NCBI RefSeq assembly: GCF_022701215.1
Contig: NZ_CP089976.1
Coordinates: forward strand, 1,410,001 to 1,442,000
Direction: 5' to 3'
Source: Moraxella nasovis
GTDB lineage: Bacteria; Pseudomonadota; Gammaproteobacteria; Pseudomonadales; Moraxellaceae
DNA: 32,000 nucleotides
The notes beneath the pieces were generated by a model. It searched no databases. It worked only from the letters and a program-made list of their open reading frames with translations, and had not been told where the DNA came from. Made by a program: the position numbers and the translations under genes. Shown here one piece after another: positions 10,023-20,292 of this stretch. The stretch's first letter is position 1; each line of letters opens with the position of its first letter.

Positions 10023-10128
10023 TATAAAAGATATTATTGTATCATAAGTGTTGGTTTTAGGCGGGAAATTGGACTAAATTTAGCCTATTTTTAAATATTT
10101 TCATTGAACTAATGTCAAATATAAAGAC

Positions 10129-10156
10129 TTGTTACGGTTTTTACTTATGTTATAAT
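10129..10156 (+). promoter_or_regulatory. Candidate sigma70 promoter for ackA-pta
   Basis: TTGTTA (10129-10134), 16-nt spacer, TATAAT (10151-10156), about 35 nt upstream of the ackA ATG. Confidence 0.45.
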
Positions 10157-10191
10157 AATTTCATCTTTCTTTCCAATTTAAAGGATAATTC

Positions 10192-11379
10192 ATGTCATTA
10201 ATCAACCCAACGTTAGTTTTAAACTGTGGTTCATCATCACTTAAATACGCCCTAATTAGCGAAGATGGCGAAACTCGTATCGAAGGGCTTGCCGAAGCAC
10301 TAGGCAATACAGACGCTCGCATTAAGCATAAGAACCTAGACGGCTCTAAAGTTGACATTAATATCCCAAATAGCGGTGCTCACACTGAAGCTTTGCAAAT
10401 CATCTTAGGCGATCTTATCAAAGAATACCAGCCTGTGGCTGTAGGGCATCGTGTGGTTCATGGTGGCGATAAGTTTACTAAAGCGACTGTGATTAATGAA
10501 GAAGTCTTGGCGACCATCGAAGAATTGGCAACCCTTGCTCCTTTACATAATCCTGCCAACGCCCTTGGCATTAAAGCGATTAATGACATCTATCCTAAGT
10601 TACCACAAGTTGCGATTTTTGATACTGCATTTCATCAAACTATGCCCGCTCATGCGTATCGCTATGCTGTGCCAAAACAGCTATACACTGACCATCAAAT
10701 CCGCCGTTACGGCTTTCATGGCACAAGCCATAACTATGTATCAAACCGTGCCAGTAAGCTAACCACCCAAGACGGCGATAAAGGCTGGCTTGTGGCACAC
10801 TTAGGTAATGGCTGCTCAGCGACTGCTGTCTATAATGGGAAAAGCATGGACACAAGCATGGGTATTACACCGCTTGAAGGTTTGATGATGGGTACACGCT
10901 CAGGCGATATCGACCCAAGTTTTCATTTGCACATTCATCGCACACTTGGCTTATCGCTTGAAGAAGTGGATACTTTATTAAATAAAAAGAGCGGTCTTTT
11001 GGGCGTGTCGGGCGTCTCAAATGACATGAGAATCCTTGAGCAAGCTGCTGCAGAAGGCAATCAGGACGCTATCCTTTCTCTTGAGATGTTCGCCTATCGT
11101 GTCGCTAAATATTTACTAAGTCTGACAGCTGGCTTGCCAGTATTGACTGGTGTGGCTTTCACAGGCGGTATTGGTGAGAACGGTGCAGACATGCGTGGTA
11201 AAATCGTCGCCCATCTAAAACACTTGGGTGCAAAAATTGACACAGCCAAGAATGATGCACTAATCCGTGGTGCAGAAGGTAGCTTTCATGCTGATGATTC
11301 TGCCATTGAGCTTTGGGTAATTCCAACTGATGAAGAATACCAAATCATGAGTGAAACTCGTGAGATTTTAGGTCTATAA
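10192..11379 (+). CDS. ackA: Acetate kinase
   Basis: LVLNCGSSSLKYALI, GHRVVHGG, FDTAFHQTMP, YGFHGTSH and FTGGIGEN are all AckA signatures. Confidence 0.96.
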   Translation: MSLINPTLVLNCGSSSLKYALISEDGETRIEGLAEALGNTDARIKHKNLDGSKVDINIPNSGAHTEALQIILGDLIKEYQPVAVGHRVVHGGDKFTKATVINEEVLATIEELATLAPLHNPANALGIKAINDIYPKLPQVAIFDTAFHQTMPAHAYRYAVPKQLYTDHQIRRYGFHGTSHNYVSNRASKLTTQDGDKGWLVAHLGNGCSATAVYNGKSMDTSMGITPLEGLMMGTRSGDIDPSFHLHIHRTLGLSLEEVDTLLNKKSGLLGVSGVSNDMRILEQAAAEGNQDAILSLEMFAYRVAKYLLSLTAGLPVLTGVAFTGGIGENGADMRGKIVAHLKHLGAKIDTAKNDALIRGAEGSFHADDSAIELWVIPTDEEYQIMSETREILGL

Positions 11380-11464
11380 GATTTATGCAAATGCTAGAAG
11401 TCTTTATAAAAGGGCTTTTGGCATTTGTCATTTATGTCTAATTTAAAACACAAAAGGTAAAATC

Positions 11465-12850
11465 ATGACAACTTTTTTATTTGTGCCAGTCGGACAAGCG
11501 GATGTGACAAACGTTGTAAATAAGACCAATAAAGCCGTCTTTGATCCCATCAAGTCGCTTGGACAAGATCGGTTTGAAGAGGTGTTGGCAAAGGGTAAGT
11601 TGGGCGATTTACTAGAAGTGGTATTTGCTCAAGTGAATGCAGCTGATGATGACATTAAGCTTGTTCAGGGGGTTAGTACAACACATACATATGCTGATAC
11701 TGTCAACGTTCGCTTAGCTTATGCCTTAGATGCAGATGTAATCTTAGTGGGTGACAACGAAAATCTTTTTGCCATTGCTGAGCAAACCTTTGGTGAGCGT
11801 GTCGTGGCAAAGGTGAGTGAAGACGGCGATGCTAATGAATTTATCAAAGTAAATGATCGTCCTGCTCGCTTATCACCATCGGCATTTCGCCACGCTGTCG
11901 TAGAAAAAGCCAAAGCTGCCAAAAAGCGTATCGTACTGCCAGAAGGTGAAGAGCCACGCACCATCACTGCGGCTGCCATCTGCCAAGAGCGTGGTATCGC
12001 CCAGTGCGTGTTACTTGGCGATCCCAAGAAGATTGCAAGCGTAGCAGCTGAGCGTGGTGTTAGCCTGCCAGAAGGCATCGAAATCATCTGCCCAAGCAGT
12101 ATCGCTGACAAATATATCGCACCCATGGTAGAACGCCGCAAGGGTAAGCTTGATGAAGCAGGTGCTAAACAAGCCCTAGAAGATACTGTCGTGTTAGGAA
12201 CGATGATGCTTTATGTGGGTGATGTCGATGGGCTGGTGTCAGGTGCGGTACACACGACAGCCGATACGATTCGCCCTGCATTTCAGCTGATCAAGACTGC
12301 CCCAGAATACTCTTTAGTGTCGTCTGTATTTTTTATGTTGCTACCTGAGCAAGTGGTTGTTTATGGTGACTGTGCTGTCAATCCAAACCCAACAGCCGAA
12401 CAGTTGGCAGAGATTGCTATTCAGTCAGCTCAGTCTGCCCGTGCCTTTGGGATTGAGCCTAAAGTTGCTATGATTAGTTACTCTACCATGAATTCAGGTT
12501 CAGGTGAAGATGTCGATACAGTCAAAGCTGCTGTACAAATCGTGCGTGAAAAAGCACCACAGCTGGCAGTAGATGGCCCGTTGCAGTTTGATGCAGCAAG
12601 CGTGCCAAGTGTGGGCAAGTCAAAAGCACCAAACTCAAAAGTTGCAGGTGAAGCAAATGTATTTATCTTCCCAGATCTAAACACAGGTAACACCACGTAT
12701 AAGGCGGTACAACGTACCGCAGGCGTGATTAGTGTTGGTCCAATGCTCCAAGGTCTAAACAAGCCTGTGAATGACTTGTCTCGTGGTTGCTTGGTGGATG
12801 ATATTATATATACGATTGCACTGACCGCCATTCAGGCAGTGGATGATTAA
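11465..12850 (+). CDS. pta: Phosphate acetyltransferase (short form; N-terminal regulatory region largely missing)
   Basis: The C-terminal ~325 aa match the PTA_PTB catalytic domain nearly residue for residue with enteric Pta as I recall it ([19 protein letters not shown]..., [31 protein letters not shown]). Only about 135 aa precede the catalytic domain. Confidence 0.9.
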   Translation: MTTFLFVPVGQADVTNVVNKTNKAVFDPIKSLGQDRFEEVLAKGKLGDLLEVVFAQVNAADDDIKLVQGVSTTHTYADTVNVRLAYALDADVILVGDNENLFAIAEQTFGERVVAKVSEDGDANEFIKVNDRPARLSPSAFRHAVVEKAKAAKKRIVLPEGEEPRTITAAAICQERGIAQCVLLGDPKKIASVAAERGVSLPEGIEIICPSSIADKYIAPMVERRKGKLDEAGAKQALEDTVVLGTMMLYVGDVDGLVSGAVHTTADTIRPAFQLIKTAPEYSLVSSVFFMLLPEQVVVYGDCAVNPNPTAEQLAEIAIQSAQSARAFGIEPKVAMISYSTMNSGSGEDVDTVKAAVQIVREKAPQLAVDGPLQFDAASVPSVGKSKAPNSKVAGEANVFIFPDLNTGNTTYKAVQRTAGVISVGPMLQGLNKPVNDLSRGCLVDDIIYTIALTAIQAVDD

Positions 12851-12866
12851 GTTTAATCATCATCTA

Positions 12867-12903
12867 TAAAAACGCCCAACCGATATGAGTTGGGCGTTTT
12901 TTT
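12867..12903. terminator. Bidirectional terminator between convergent pta and yaaA
   Basis: AACGCCCAAC-CGATATGA-GTTGGGCGTT flanked by an A-run and a T-run. Confidence 0.7.
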
Positions 12904-12915
12904 AATGGAGTTTAG

Positions 12916-13692
12916 TTACAGCTGTTCGTTACGTTGGAATACCCATGTTTTATCATCGCTAAGATTAGGCTTAAAATAATAGCCATCGGTGTTAAATTGC
13001 TTTAAGTCATCAGGGTTGGTAATTTGATTTTTAGCGGCAAAATTTACCATAAGTCCGCGAGCTTTCTTGGCATAAAAACTAACTACTTTATATTTGCCAT
13101 TTTTCTCATCTTCAAAGCGTGGCGTAATAATGCGTGCTTTAATTTTCTTGGGCTGCACTGCTTTATAGTATTCGTTAGAAGCCAGATTGATGAGCGTGCT
13201 TTGCTTGTTATGTTGCATGTGCTGATTGATGAGCGTGGTGATTTTATCTCCCCAATATTGATATAAATCATCAGCATGTGGCGTTTTAAATTTTGTACCC
13301 ATTTCAAGGCGATAAGGCAACATCATATCTAGTGGTTTTAGCAGTCCGTATAGACCTGATAAGATGCCCAAGTGGCAGTTTAGGTAGTTCATTTCATCTA
13401 GGTTAAGCTGATAGGCGTCAAGCCCTGTATAGACATCGCCGTCAAATAAATAAGCAGCTGGCTTGGCATTTTCATCAAACGGATAGCACCAATGCTGATT
13501 ACGAACGACGTTAAGCTCGGCAATCTTAGCAGACACCCCCATAAGCTCTTGAATATCAATAACGTCGCAGCTTTTTAGTGTTTGCATTAAGGTGATTGCA
13601 TCATCAATTAAAGCAGGCGTGCCTGTGGTTATATCAAGTGGCACGGGCGTTTTTTCGTCTAAGTTTTTGGCGGGTGATAATAAAAAATACAT
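12916..13692 (-). CDS. yaaA: Peroxide stress protein YaaA (UPF0246/DUF328)
   Basis: N-terminal MYFLLSPAKNLDEKTP and a length of 258 aa are typical of YaaA. Confidence 0.88.
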   Translation of the reverse strand: MYFLLSPAKNLDEKTPVPLDITTGTPALIDDAITLMQTLKSCDVIDIQELMGVSAKIAELNVVRNQHWCYPFDENAKPAAYLFDGDVYTGLDAYQLNLDEMNYLNCHLGILSGLYGLLKPLDMMLPYRLEMGTKFKTPHADDLYQYWGDKITTLINQHMQHNKQSTLINLASNEYYKAVQPKKIKARIITPRFEDEKNGKYKVVSFYAKKARGLMVNFAAKNQITNPDDLKQFNTDGYYFKPNLSDDKTWVFQRNEQL

Positions 13693-13852
13693 AAGATAAG
13701 CACATATTGATGGGTTCGCTTATTATTATAATCAAAAATACGACTTTTGCCAAAACTCAATTGGTAAAGTGGTTGGTTTTTTGGTGTGGTTTTTGTATAA
13801 TCAACAAGTGATTAAACGATTAGTGAATACATAAAACGAACAAGGATTGACC

Positions 13853-14905
13853 ATGACAGACTTAATGCAAGCACGCTTGATGCCTACAAATGGCGATAAA
13901 AGCATTGGTGTTATCACCATAAATAGACCAAAAGCGTTAAACGCCCAAAATCTTGAGATGGTGAAATTTACCGCACAGACCTTAGACGACTGGGCAAACG
14001 ATGACAACGTAGCAATGGTCGTGCTGCATGGTGCAGGTGATAAGAGTTTGTGTGCAGGAGGCGATATTAAGTCGCTTTATACCAATGCTGATGAGGCGGA
14101 GGAATTTTTTGGGTGTGAGTATGGGCTAATGTATAATATGCATACCTATTGTAAGCCTGTGTTATCGTGGGGTAACGGCATTGTTATGGGCGGCGGCTTA
14201 GGGCTGCATGCAGCATCAAGTCATAAGGTTGTCACCCAAAGCACACTAATGGCAATGCCTGAAGTATCCATTGGGCTATTTCCTGATGCGGGAGCGTCTT
14301 ATTTTTTAAATCGTATGATGGAAAAAGTGGGGCTGTTTTTGGGCTTGACAGGAGCTAGATTTAATGGCGATGACGCTCTTTACTTGGGTTTGGCAGATTT
14401 TGCCATCGAGCATGAGCAGTTTGAAGCGGTGCTTGATGGGCTAACCAAGGTCAGCTTTGCTGATGATGACTTAAATCATCATCGACTGACCGCCTTTTTG
14501 CAGCAGTTTCACCGCACTGATATTTTAGCACAAGGTGAAATATTGCCAAATTTTGCTAAGATTAATGCATTGATGAACGCAGGCGATCTATTGCTTGTGG
14601 ATAAAGCCCTTCAAGAATATGCAGGCGACAGTAGCTTTATCCAGACGGCTATTGATAGCTATCAAAATGGCTCAGCACTCACTAAAGCCATCACTTGGCA
14701 TATTTACCACCATCTAAAAACACACGATTTATCGCTTGATGACATCTTTAAGATAGAAAAAGCCGTCGCTATCCAGTGCGTACAGCAAGGCGATTTTAAA
14801 GAAGGCGTGAGAGCCTTATTGGTTGATAAAGACAAAAACCCTAAATGGCAGTTTTCTTTAAGTCAGATTAATGAAGCGTGCATTCGTCAGTATGTTCCGT
14901 TTTAG
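13853..14905 (+). CDS. Enoyl-CoA hydratase/isomerase family protein, 3-hydroxyisobutyryl-CoA hydrolase-like
   Basis: Crotonase fold motifs (ITINRPKALNA, LHGAGDKSLCAGGDIK, GIVMGGGLGL, MPEVSIGLFPDAGASYFL). The ~350-aa size with a C-terminal helical extension fits the HIBYL-CoA-hydrolase subfamily. I place the start at ATG 13853 (AAGGA SD 6 nt upstream) rather than TTG 13847. Confidence 0.8.
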   Translation: MTDLMQARLMPTNGDKSIGVITINRPKALNAQNLEMVKFTAQTLDDWANDDNVAMVVLHGAGDKSLCAGGDIKSLYTNADEAEEFFGCEYGLMYNMHTYCKPVLSWGNGIVMGGGLGLHAASSHKVVTQSTLMAMPEVSIGLFPDAGASYFLNRMMEKVGLFLGLTGARFNGDDALYLGLADFAIEHEQFEAVLDGLTKVSFADDDLNHHRLTAFLQQFHRTDILAQGEILPNFAKINALMNAGDLLLVDKALQEYAGDSSFIQTAIDSYQNGSALTKAITWHIYHHLKTHDLSLDDIFKIEKAVAIQCVQQGDFKEGVRALLVDKDKNPKWQFSLSQINEACIRQYVPF

Positions 14906-14912
14906 TTGATTT

Positions 14913-14941
14913 AAAAGGTGCTATTAACGCACCTTTTTTTC
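14913..14941 (+). terminator. Rho-independent terminator
   Basis: AAAAGGTGC-TATTAAC-GCACCTTTT followed by a T-run. Confidence 0.65.
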
Positions 14942-15014
14942 ATTAAGGCTTTTTCATTTTAAGAAAATCCGCTAAAATGCACAAGCTAATAAATACTAAG
15001 TCAAAGGTCGTATT

Positions 15015-16031
15015 ATGAACCACTCTAACCCTATAAAATCTCGTCTCGATCATGCCATGTCTAAGCCCCAAATCACAGCCAGCGGTGGTATCCGCCACTT
15101 TTTGGGTGTCGAAGGGCTTGGACGCACACAGCTTGAGAATATCATCGATAAGGCGATGGGCTATTTTGACGCTGATGGACGGCTGATAAATACCGATGAA
15201 CTTGCTGGCAAGACGGTGATGAATTTATTTTTTGAAAACTCAACTCGCACACGCACAACTTTTGAGGCTGCCCAAAAACGTCTAGGTGCCAATGTACTTA
15301 ATCTTGATATTGCACGCTCTTCAACGAGCAAAGGAGAAAGTCTATCTGATACGTTGTGGAATCTTGAGGCGATGAGCAGTGATATGTTTGTCGTGCGTCA
15401 TTCGTCGAGTGGTGCAGCACATTTTATGGCAACTCAAGTAACGCCAAATGTCGCCATCATCAATGCAGGCGATGGCTGGCATGCCCACCCAACCCAAGCC
15501 ATGCTAGATATGCTGACCATTCACCGTGAAGTGGTACAAAAAGGCAAGGCGTTTGATGACTTAAGTGTGGCTATCGTGGGGGATATTAAGCATAGCCGTG
15601 TGGCACGCTCGGATATTTGTGCTTTGCAGACGCTTGGCGTTAAGGATTTAAGGGTTATTGCTCCACGCACATTATTACCTAAAGGCATAGAGCGTTATGG
15701 CGTAAATGTATGTGACAACATTAATCAAGGCGTGGTAGATTGTGATGTGATTATCGGTCTTCGTATTCAAAATGAGCGTATCGGCTCGCCACTACTGCCA
15801 TCAACAAGCGAATACTTTAAGCACTATGGCATTAATGAGCATAGGCTAAACCTTGCCAAGCCAAATGCCATCGTTATGCACCCAGGACCGATGAATCGAG
15901 GTGTAGAGATTGCATCTGATGTGGCAGATGGTGAGCAGTCGGTTATCTTAAAGCAAGTCAATAACGGCATTGCTGTGCGTATGGCGGTGATGGCAATGGC
16001 AATGCGTGGGCAAGAACAGTCCAAAGGGTAA
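15015..16031 (+). CDS. pyrB: Aspartate carbamoyltransferase catalytic subunit
   Basis: [21 protein letters not shown], and [11 protein letters not shown] motifs. Confidence 0.95.
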   Translation: MNHSNPIKSRLDHAMSKPQITASGGIRHFLGVEGLGRTQLENIIDKAMGYFDADGRLINTDELAGKTVMNLFFENSTRTRTTFEAAQKRLGANVLNLDIARSSTSKGESLSDTLWNLEAMSSDMFVVRHSSSGAAHFMATQVTPNVAIINAGDGWHAHPTQAMLDMLTIHREVVQKGKAFDDLSVAIVGDIKHSRVARSDICALQTLGVKDLRVIAPRTLLPKGIERYGVNVCDNINQGVVDCDVIIGLRIQNERIGSPLLPSTSEYFKHYGINEHRLNLAKPNAIVMHPGPMNRGVEIASDVADGEQSVILKQVNNGIAVRMAVMAMAMRGQEQSKG

Positions 16032-16058
16032 TTGATTCTTTAAATTTAAGGCGATACT

Positions 16059-17201
16059 ATGAAAAATTTACTTCCTAAAACTTGGCAATTTGATACCAAA
16101 AACATAACGACAGACACGAATGAAAAGTGGCTTATACCGCCCATCGTAGATCTGTGTGCACGCCTAAATAAGTTTGGTGATGGCACATCATTTACCCATG
16201 AATGTCAGACAGCGATTAAAAATGGCATTTTGCACGTGTGCACACCGCCTGATGATGGTGCGGTGCGAGAGTCTAGCTCACTGCTTAAAGAGGTTCGTGA
16301 AAAAGCTGCCAATCATGGACTAAATTTACATATGTTAGGGGCACTAACCCAAGGTCTAAAAGGCGAAAAGCTTGCTAACATCGCTGACATTAAGGCAGGC
16401 GGGGCAATTGGTGTTAGCAATGCCCGCTTTGCTTTTGCAAATGACGAAGTATTGTTAAGAGCATTAGAATATGCTAAAGCCTTTGATATTAAGGTGTTCT
16501 TCTACCCAGATGAGCCAAGTTTATCAAAAGGAGTGGCACATGATGGTTACATCGCAAGCTATCATGGATTGGCAGGTATTCCTTGGCTTGCTGAGACCGT
16601 CGCACTTGCTAAGCAAATTTTGATGGTAGAAGAGACGGGAATTTGTGCTCATTTTAGCCAGCTGACTTGCCGAACTTCTGTGGATTTGGTGCGGTTTGGC
16701 AAGGCTAGGGGCTTACCGATTACCTGTGATGTTGCCATGCACCAGCTGTTTTTAACTGATGATGATATTGAAGGCTATAACGCCAACGCCCATGTGTATC
16801 CGCCACTTCGCTCTAATACCGACCAAAGGGCTTTGCGACAGGGCTTGGCAGATGGAACGATTGACGCTATCTGTAGCCATCATGAACCATTATCAAGCAC
16901 AGATAAGCTAATGCCATTTGCTGAGAGTGTGGCAGGCATTAGTAACTTTGATACTTTTGTATCGCTTGCTTGTCAGCTTGTGGCAGATGGCGTTTTGACC
17001 GATACACAGCTTGTGGAAAAAATCTGCCTAAATCCTGCTAACATTGCAGGAATTACTGATTATGAGCAGATTGGTGGAGCGGTGCTTATCGACCCAAATC
17101 AAGCGTGGCAAGTTACCAAGCAGTCTATATTATCTAAGGGTAAGAACACGCCATTTTTAGGTGATGAATTATTTGGTAAGGTTGTACAGACTTTTTTTTA
17201 A
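16059..17201 (+). CDS. Dihydroorotase-like, probably non-catalytic ATCase partner (PyrC'-type)
   Basis: Amidohydrolase/DHOase-like fold directly downstream of pyrB. The position of the zinc-binding D-x-H-x-H motif reads VDLCARL, so both His are absent. This fits the inactive PyrC' subunits of Pseudomonas-type class A ATCases. Confidence 0.75.
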   Translation: MKNLLPKTWQFDTKNITTDTNEKWLIPPIVDLCARLNKFGDGTSFTHECQTAIKNGILHVCTPPDDGAVRESSSLLKEVREKAANHGLNLHMLGALTQGLKGEKLANIADIKAGGAIGVSNARFAFANDEVLLRALEYAKAFDIKVFFYPDEPSLSKGVAHDGYIASYHGLAGIPWLAETVALAKQILMVEETGICAHFSQLTCRTSVDLVRFGKARGLPITCDVAMHQLFLTDDDIEGYNANAHVYPPLRSNTDQRALRQGLADGTIDAICSHHEPLSSTDKLMPFAESVAGISNFDTFVSLACQLVADGVLTDTQLVEKICLNPANIAGITDYEQIGGAVLIDPNQAWQVTKQSILSKGKNTPFLGDELFGKVVQTFF

Positions 17202-17223
17202 GTTTGGCAAATGTTAGATATGA

Positions 17224-17252
17224 AAAAGCCACCCGTAACGAGTGGCTTTTTT
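17224..17252. terminator. Bidirectional terminator between pyrC' and the yihY-family gene
   Basis: AAAAGCCAC...GTGGCTTTT hairpin with flanking A- and T-runs. Confidence 0.6.
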
Positions 17253-17262
17253 GGTGGCGGTA

Positions 17263-18765
17263 TTAATTAAAGCCACGCTTAATATCGTTTATGGTTTTTT
17301 TACTTTTACCAAAAAAGTGACGCAACTTACGAACCAAGCGAAGGGTTTTAGTTAGATTGCTTTCGGTGAATGCTGCCTGACCATGTGGGATAACGATTGT
17401 GTTATTATTAGCGTCTGTCGTCAGTCCTGCATCGTGATCAAAGCCGATTGAGCTATCGCCGTGTTCACCTGTATCTTCAGCGACAATACGAACGATTTCT
17501 TGCTTTTCACGCAAAGGTGTTGTATCTAGTAGATACGATAGCGGCATATTTAGCTCGTTTTTTGCAGTGCGTTCGATGCGTACCAAATGCCCATACAGCT
17601 CAACAAACCAAGGGTCGTAATCAGCTGATTTTAGACCATCAAGCTCATCTTTAATAGGTAAGGGGTAAGGTAAATTCTTATAAAACTGCCAAAGATTAAG
17701 CGTACTTAGGTCAGTTTTTAGGATGTATTCATCATCTTTGGTACGTGTGATAAGTCTGCTATCAACAAGTTGAGCGATGTAGGTACTCCATTTTGGTAAT
17801 TCTTTGCGACCAAGCACTCGGCGCAATTCATGCTCGCTAACTGTGCTGCTGTCTTTATGACGCTTATACGCCAAATTTAGCATATCAAGCAAGCTTAATA
17901 GTGGGTGGCGTACTGGCACTTCTTTGGTATCAAAGATGGAAAGCGTGTAGCTTATCTCTACCCCAAGCAAGATGATATTCCAAGACAAATACAGCCACAT
18001 CAAGAAAATAGGAATCGCAGCAAACGCACCATAAATGGCTTCATAACTGGTGAAGTTGGTCATGACTGTCCCAAAAATTTGCTTGAGTGTCTCAAACAAA
18101 ATGGCAACAATTATCCCTGCAATGGCAGCATTCTTAAATGGCACTTGAACTTTAGGAATAAACCAGTACATACCCACAAAGCCTGATACGGCTATCAATA
18201 AAGATACTAAGTATGCCCAAATACCCCAATCAATGCCATAACCTGCCACTTGACGATTAAAGAAATCAGCACTTTGTATGGCACTAGATGCACCGAATGC
18301 GACCGCCAAAATAATAGGACCAAGCGTAATCATCGCCCAGTAACGAATGACACTTTTCATGCCACCTGAACGTTCTTGGACACGCCAAATGTCGTTAAAT
18401 GCTGTTTCAATCGTGACAAGTGTGATGATGGTGGTAACAAAAACACCAAGCACACCCACAATACCTAAATTGCTCGATTTTTCAGCGAAATTTTGGATAT
18501 ATCCGCCGATTTGAGCACTTGATGATGGTAAAAGATTGTCGTAAATCAGGTGCTCCATCTGTCCGCGTACACCTTCAAAGGCAGGTACGCTTGATAGCAT
18601 GACTAAGATAACCGTTAAAATCGGCACAAGAGAAAGCAGCGTAGTATAAGTTAAGCTGGCTGCTTTTTGGGTACAATTATCTTCTAAGAAATGACGAACT
18701 AATAGCCGAAGGTACATAAACCAGCTATGGTGAGCAAAAGGAAGTTTGTTTAAAAAATTTGTCAT
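17263..18765 (-). CDS. YihY/BrkB-family inner-membrane protein with a long cytoplasmic C-terminal extension
   Basis: QKAASLTYTTLLSLVPILTV and multiple TM segments are typical of the YihY family. I place the start at ATG 18763-18765 (MTNFLNKLP...), not the ORF-track start 18855. About 200 aa of soluble tail follow the membrane domain. Confidence 0.78.
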   Translation of the reverse strand: MTNFLNKLPFAHHSWFMYLRLLVRHFLEDNCTQKAASLTYTTLLSLVPILTVILVMLSSVPAFEGVRGQMEHLIYDNLLPSSSAQIGGYIQNFAEKSSNLGIVGVLGVFVTTIITLVTIETAFNDIWRVQERSGGMKSVIRYWAMITLGPIILAVAFGASSAIQSADFFNRQVAGYGIDWGIWAYLVSLLIAVSGFVGMYWFIPKVQVPFKNAAIAGIIVAILFETLKQIFGTVMTNFTSYEAIYGAFAAIPIFLMWLYLSWNIILLGVEISYTLSIFDTKEVPVRHPLLSLLDMLNLAYKRHKDSSTVSEHELRRVLGRKELPKWSTYIAQLVDSRLITRTKDDEYILKTDLSTLNLWQFYKNLPYPLPIKDELDGLKSADYDPWFVELYGHLVRIERTAKNELNMPLSYLLDTTPLREKQEIVRIVAEDTGEHGDSSIGFDHDAGLTTDANNNTIVIPHGQAAFTESNLTKTLRLVRKLRHFFGKSKKTINDIKRGFN

Positions 18766-18937
18766 AAGAATAATTTGGTTGCTTCTTGGTATGTCTAGTG
18801 TAGCAAATCTTGAGCAATTTTTAAAATAAAAACTTGTATGTTTTGTGAAACACAAGAAGGCTTAAGTGTAAATCGTGGCGTTTTTTAGGGGTTTTGGTTA
18901 TAATGCTGTGATATATCACTTATAATAAGCCCATATC

Positions 18938-19375
18938 ATGCCAAAACCAAAAGCACAATCTACCCCAAAACCCATCAAGCCTATCCGCCAAAAACTGTGG
19001 ATCACTTGGATTGTATGGATTATTTGTCGGCTACTCGTGCTGCCGATTATTGTGGGTATGCCTTATGTAAAGGTCATCATGGCAGGTATGGCTTGGCAAT
19101 TAGTCGTCTTATTGCCAGTGTTACTACTTAGTGGCATCGTCATGCGTGGCAAGTCGCCATATCCGCTGATTTTTATAAGTATGCTGACGCTGATTTATTT
19201 GGGGAATGCAGGCTTAGATATGCTGACTAAGATTTACGCTTACGCACCGCTAGGAGTGCAAGCGTTTTTTGTGGTAGAATTTGTATTATTATTGATGATT
19301 AATGCATGGCTATTTATTCTTCTAAGAAGATTGCCACCCATGCATCAAGCTAATAGACAATTAACAGATAACTAA
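18938..19375 (+). CDS. Small integral membrane protein (about 4 TM; possibly DUF2069-like)
   Basis: Basic N-terminus followed by four hydrophobic segments. The family assignment is from memory of the DUF2069 pattern only. Confidence 0.45.
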   Translation: MPKPKAQSTPKPIKPIRQKLWITWIVWIICRLLVLPIIVGMPYVKVIMAGMAWQLVVLLPVLLLSGIVMRGKSPYPLIFISMLTLIYLGNAGLDMLTKIYAYAPLGVQAFFVVEFVLLLMINAWLFILLRRLPPMHQANRQLTDN

Positions 19376-19388
19376 CTAAAAATAACGA

Positions 19389-20066
19389 TTAGTTAATCTT
19401 AGTTAATTCCATCATGATAACCTTGCCATCATTTTTTTGACTAACTTTGATGGGTAGGTAGTTTAGGCTAGGCGCTAAGTAAAAACTGGTCGCACGATCT
19501 TTATCTTCGTGTATGCGGTCGATACGCACCACATCATACGTTCCAGCAGGCACAGTCAGTTTGCTTGCTCCTGCCTTTTTAAACTTAGTTTTCTCAATGC
19601 TGTCTTTTTTGACTAGGTTATAACTGCCCGTAAATTTATTATTCATTAATTCCTGACGAATCTTAGTTTCAAGGCTAAGATCATCATAGGCTTGCCCATT
19701 CATTTGTAAAGAAGCAGATTTGTCCTTATAGGTGCTGACGACTGTTTTTCCGATGAATCTAACATCATGAGTGTTGCCAATGCCAGCAAATTTTACCGAC
19801 ATGGTCGCAGTTTTTGGCGTAATGACATCATTGATGACAGTAAAGTTTGATTTTTGGTTTAACTTTGCAATCAAGGCGGCCTTAGCAGATACAGTGTAGT
19901 GATAGTCGTTTTTATGGTGGCTTAGTGTACGAGTTGCTACGCCTTTTTTGCCATCAGCATTTAGTACGTAAGTGGCATTAAAATCTAAGTCGCCAGCAGC
20001 GTGAGCGGCAGCTGTGCTGATTAGCGTGGTAGTGGCAGCAACTTTTAGTAGGGTTGTTAATTTCAT
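19389..20066 (-). CDS. Secreted or outer-membrane-associated protein of unknown function (possibly DUF3108-like)
   Basis: Cleavable signal peptide MKLTTLLKVAATTTLISTAAAHA, then a beta-rich sequence with alternating polarity. No recognisable catalytic motif. Confidence 0.45.
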   Translation of the reverse strand: MKLTTLLKVAATTTLISTAAAHAAGDLDFNATYVLNADGKKGVATRTLSHHKNDYHYTVSAKAALIAKLNQKSNFTVINDVITPKTATMSVKFAGIGNTHDVRFIGKTVVSTYKDKSASLQMNGQAYDDLSLETKIRQELMNNKFTGSYNLVKKDSIEKTKFKKAGASKLTVPAGTYDVVRIDRIHEDKDRATSFYLAPSLNYLPIKVSQKNDGKVIMMELTKIN

Positions 20067-20199
20067 AATTAAAAACTTTTGTGATGAATACTATTTCATA
20101 ATGACCAACAATAGCTGCTTTTTCAAGGCAAAGTTGCAAAAATCAACAAAGCTGTAATATTGTTTTTTGATACTGTCTAAAAATTTTTCATAAAAACTG

Positions 20200-20228
20200 C
20201 TTGAAATTTTCCCCCAAAAGCACCACTT
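20200..20228 (+). promoter_or_regulatory. Candidate sigma32 (heat-shock) promoter of groESL
   Basis: CTTGAAA (20200-20206), 14-nt spacer, CACCACTT (20221-20228). This compares with the CTTGAAA-N13-15-CCCCATNT consensus. Confidence 0.45.
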
Positions 20229-20292
20229 TTAAGCCAACCCCTTGTTGGGTTCATAGATTTTTATAATTTATTAACAAATTAATGGAGTTATC

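Noticed and set aside
11719-12831. Long antisense ORFs inside pta (11719-12141, 12478-12831). Similar ones occur inside groEL (20675-20968, 21296-21577, 21779-22042, 22133-22357), dapF (7550-7891), the receptor gene (5588-5929), lysA (9267-9575) and tcdA (930-1187).
   Set aside because: They are fully nested in confidently identified genes on the opposite strand. Their translations are Ser/Ala/Pro/Arg-rich with no motifs. They are shadow frames produced by codon bias.
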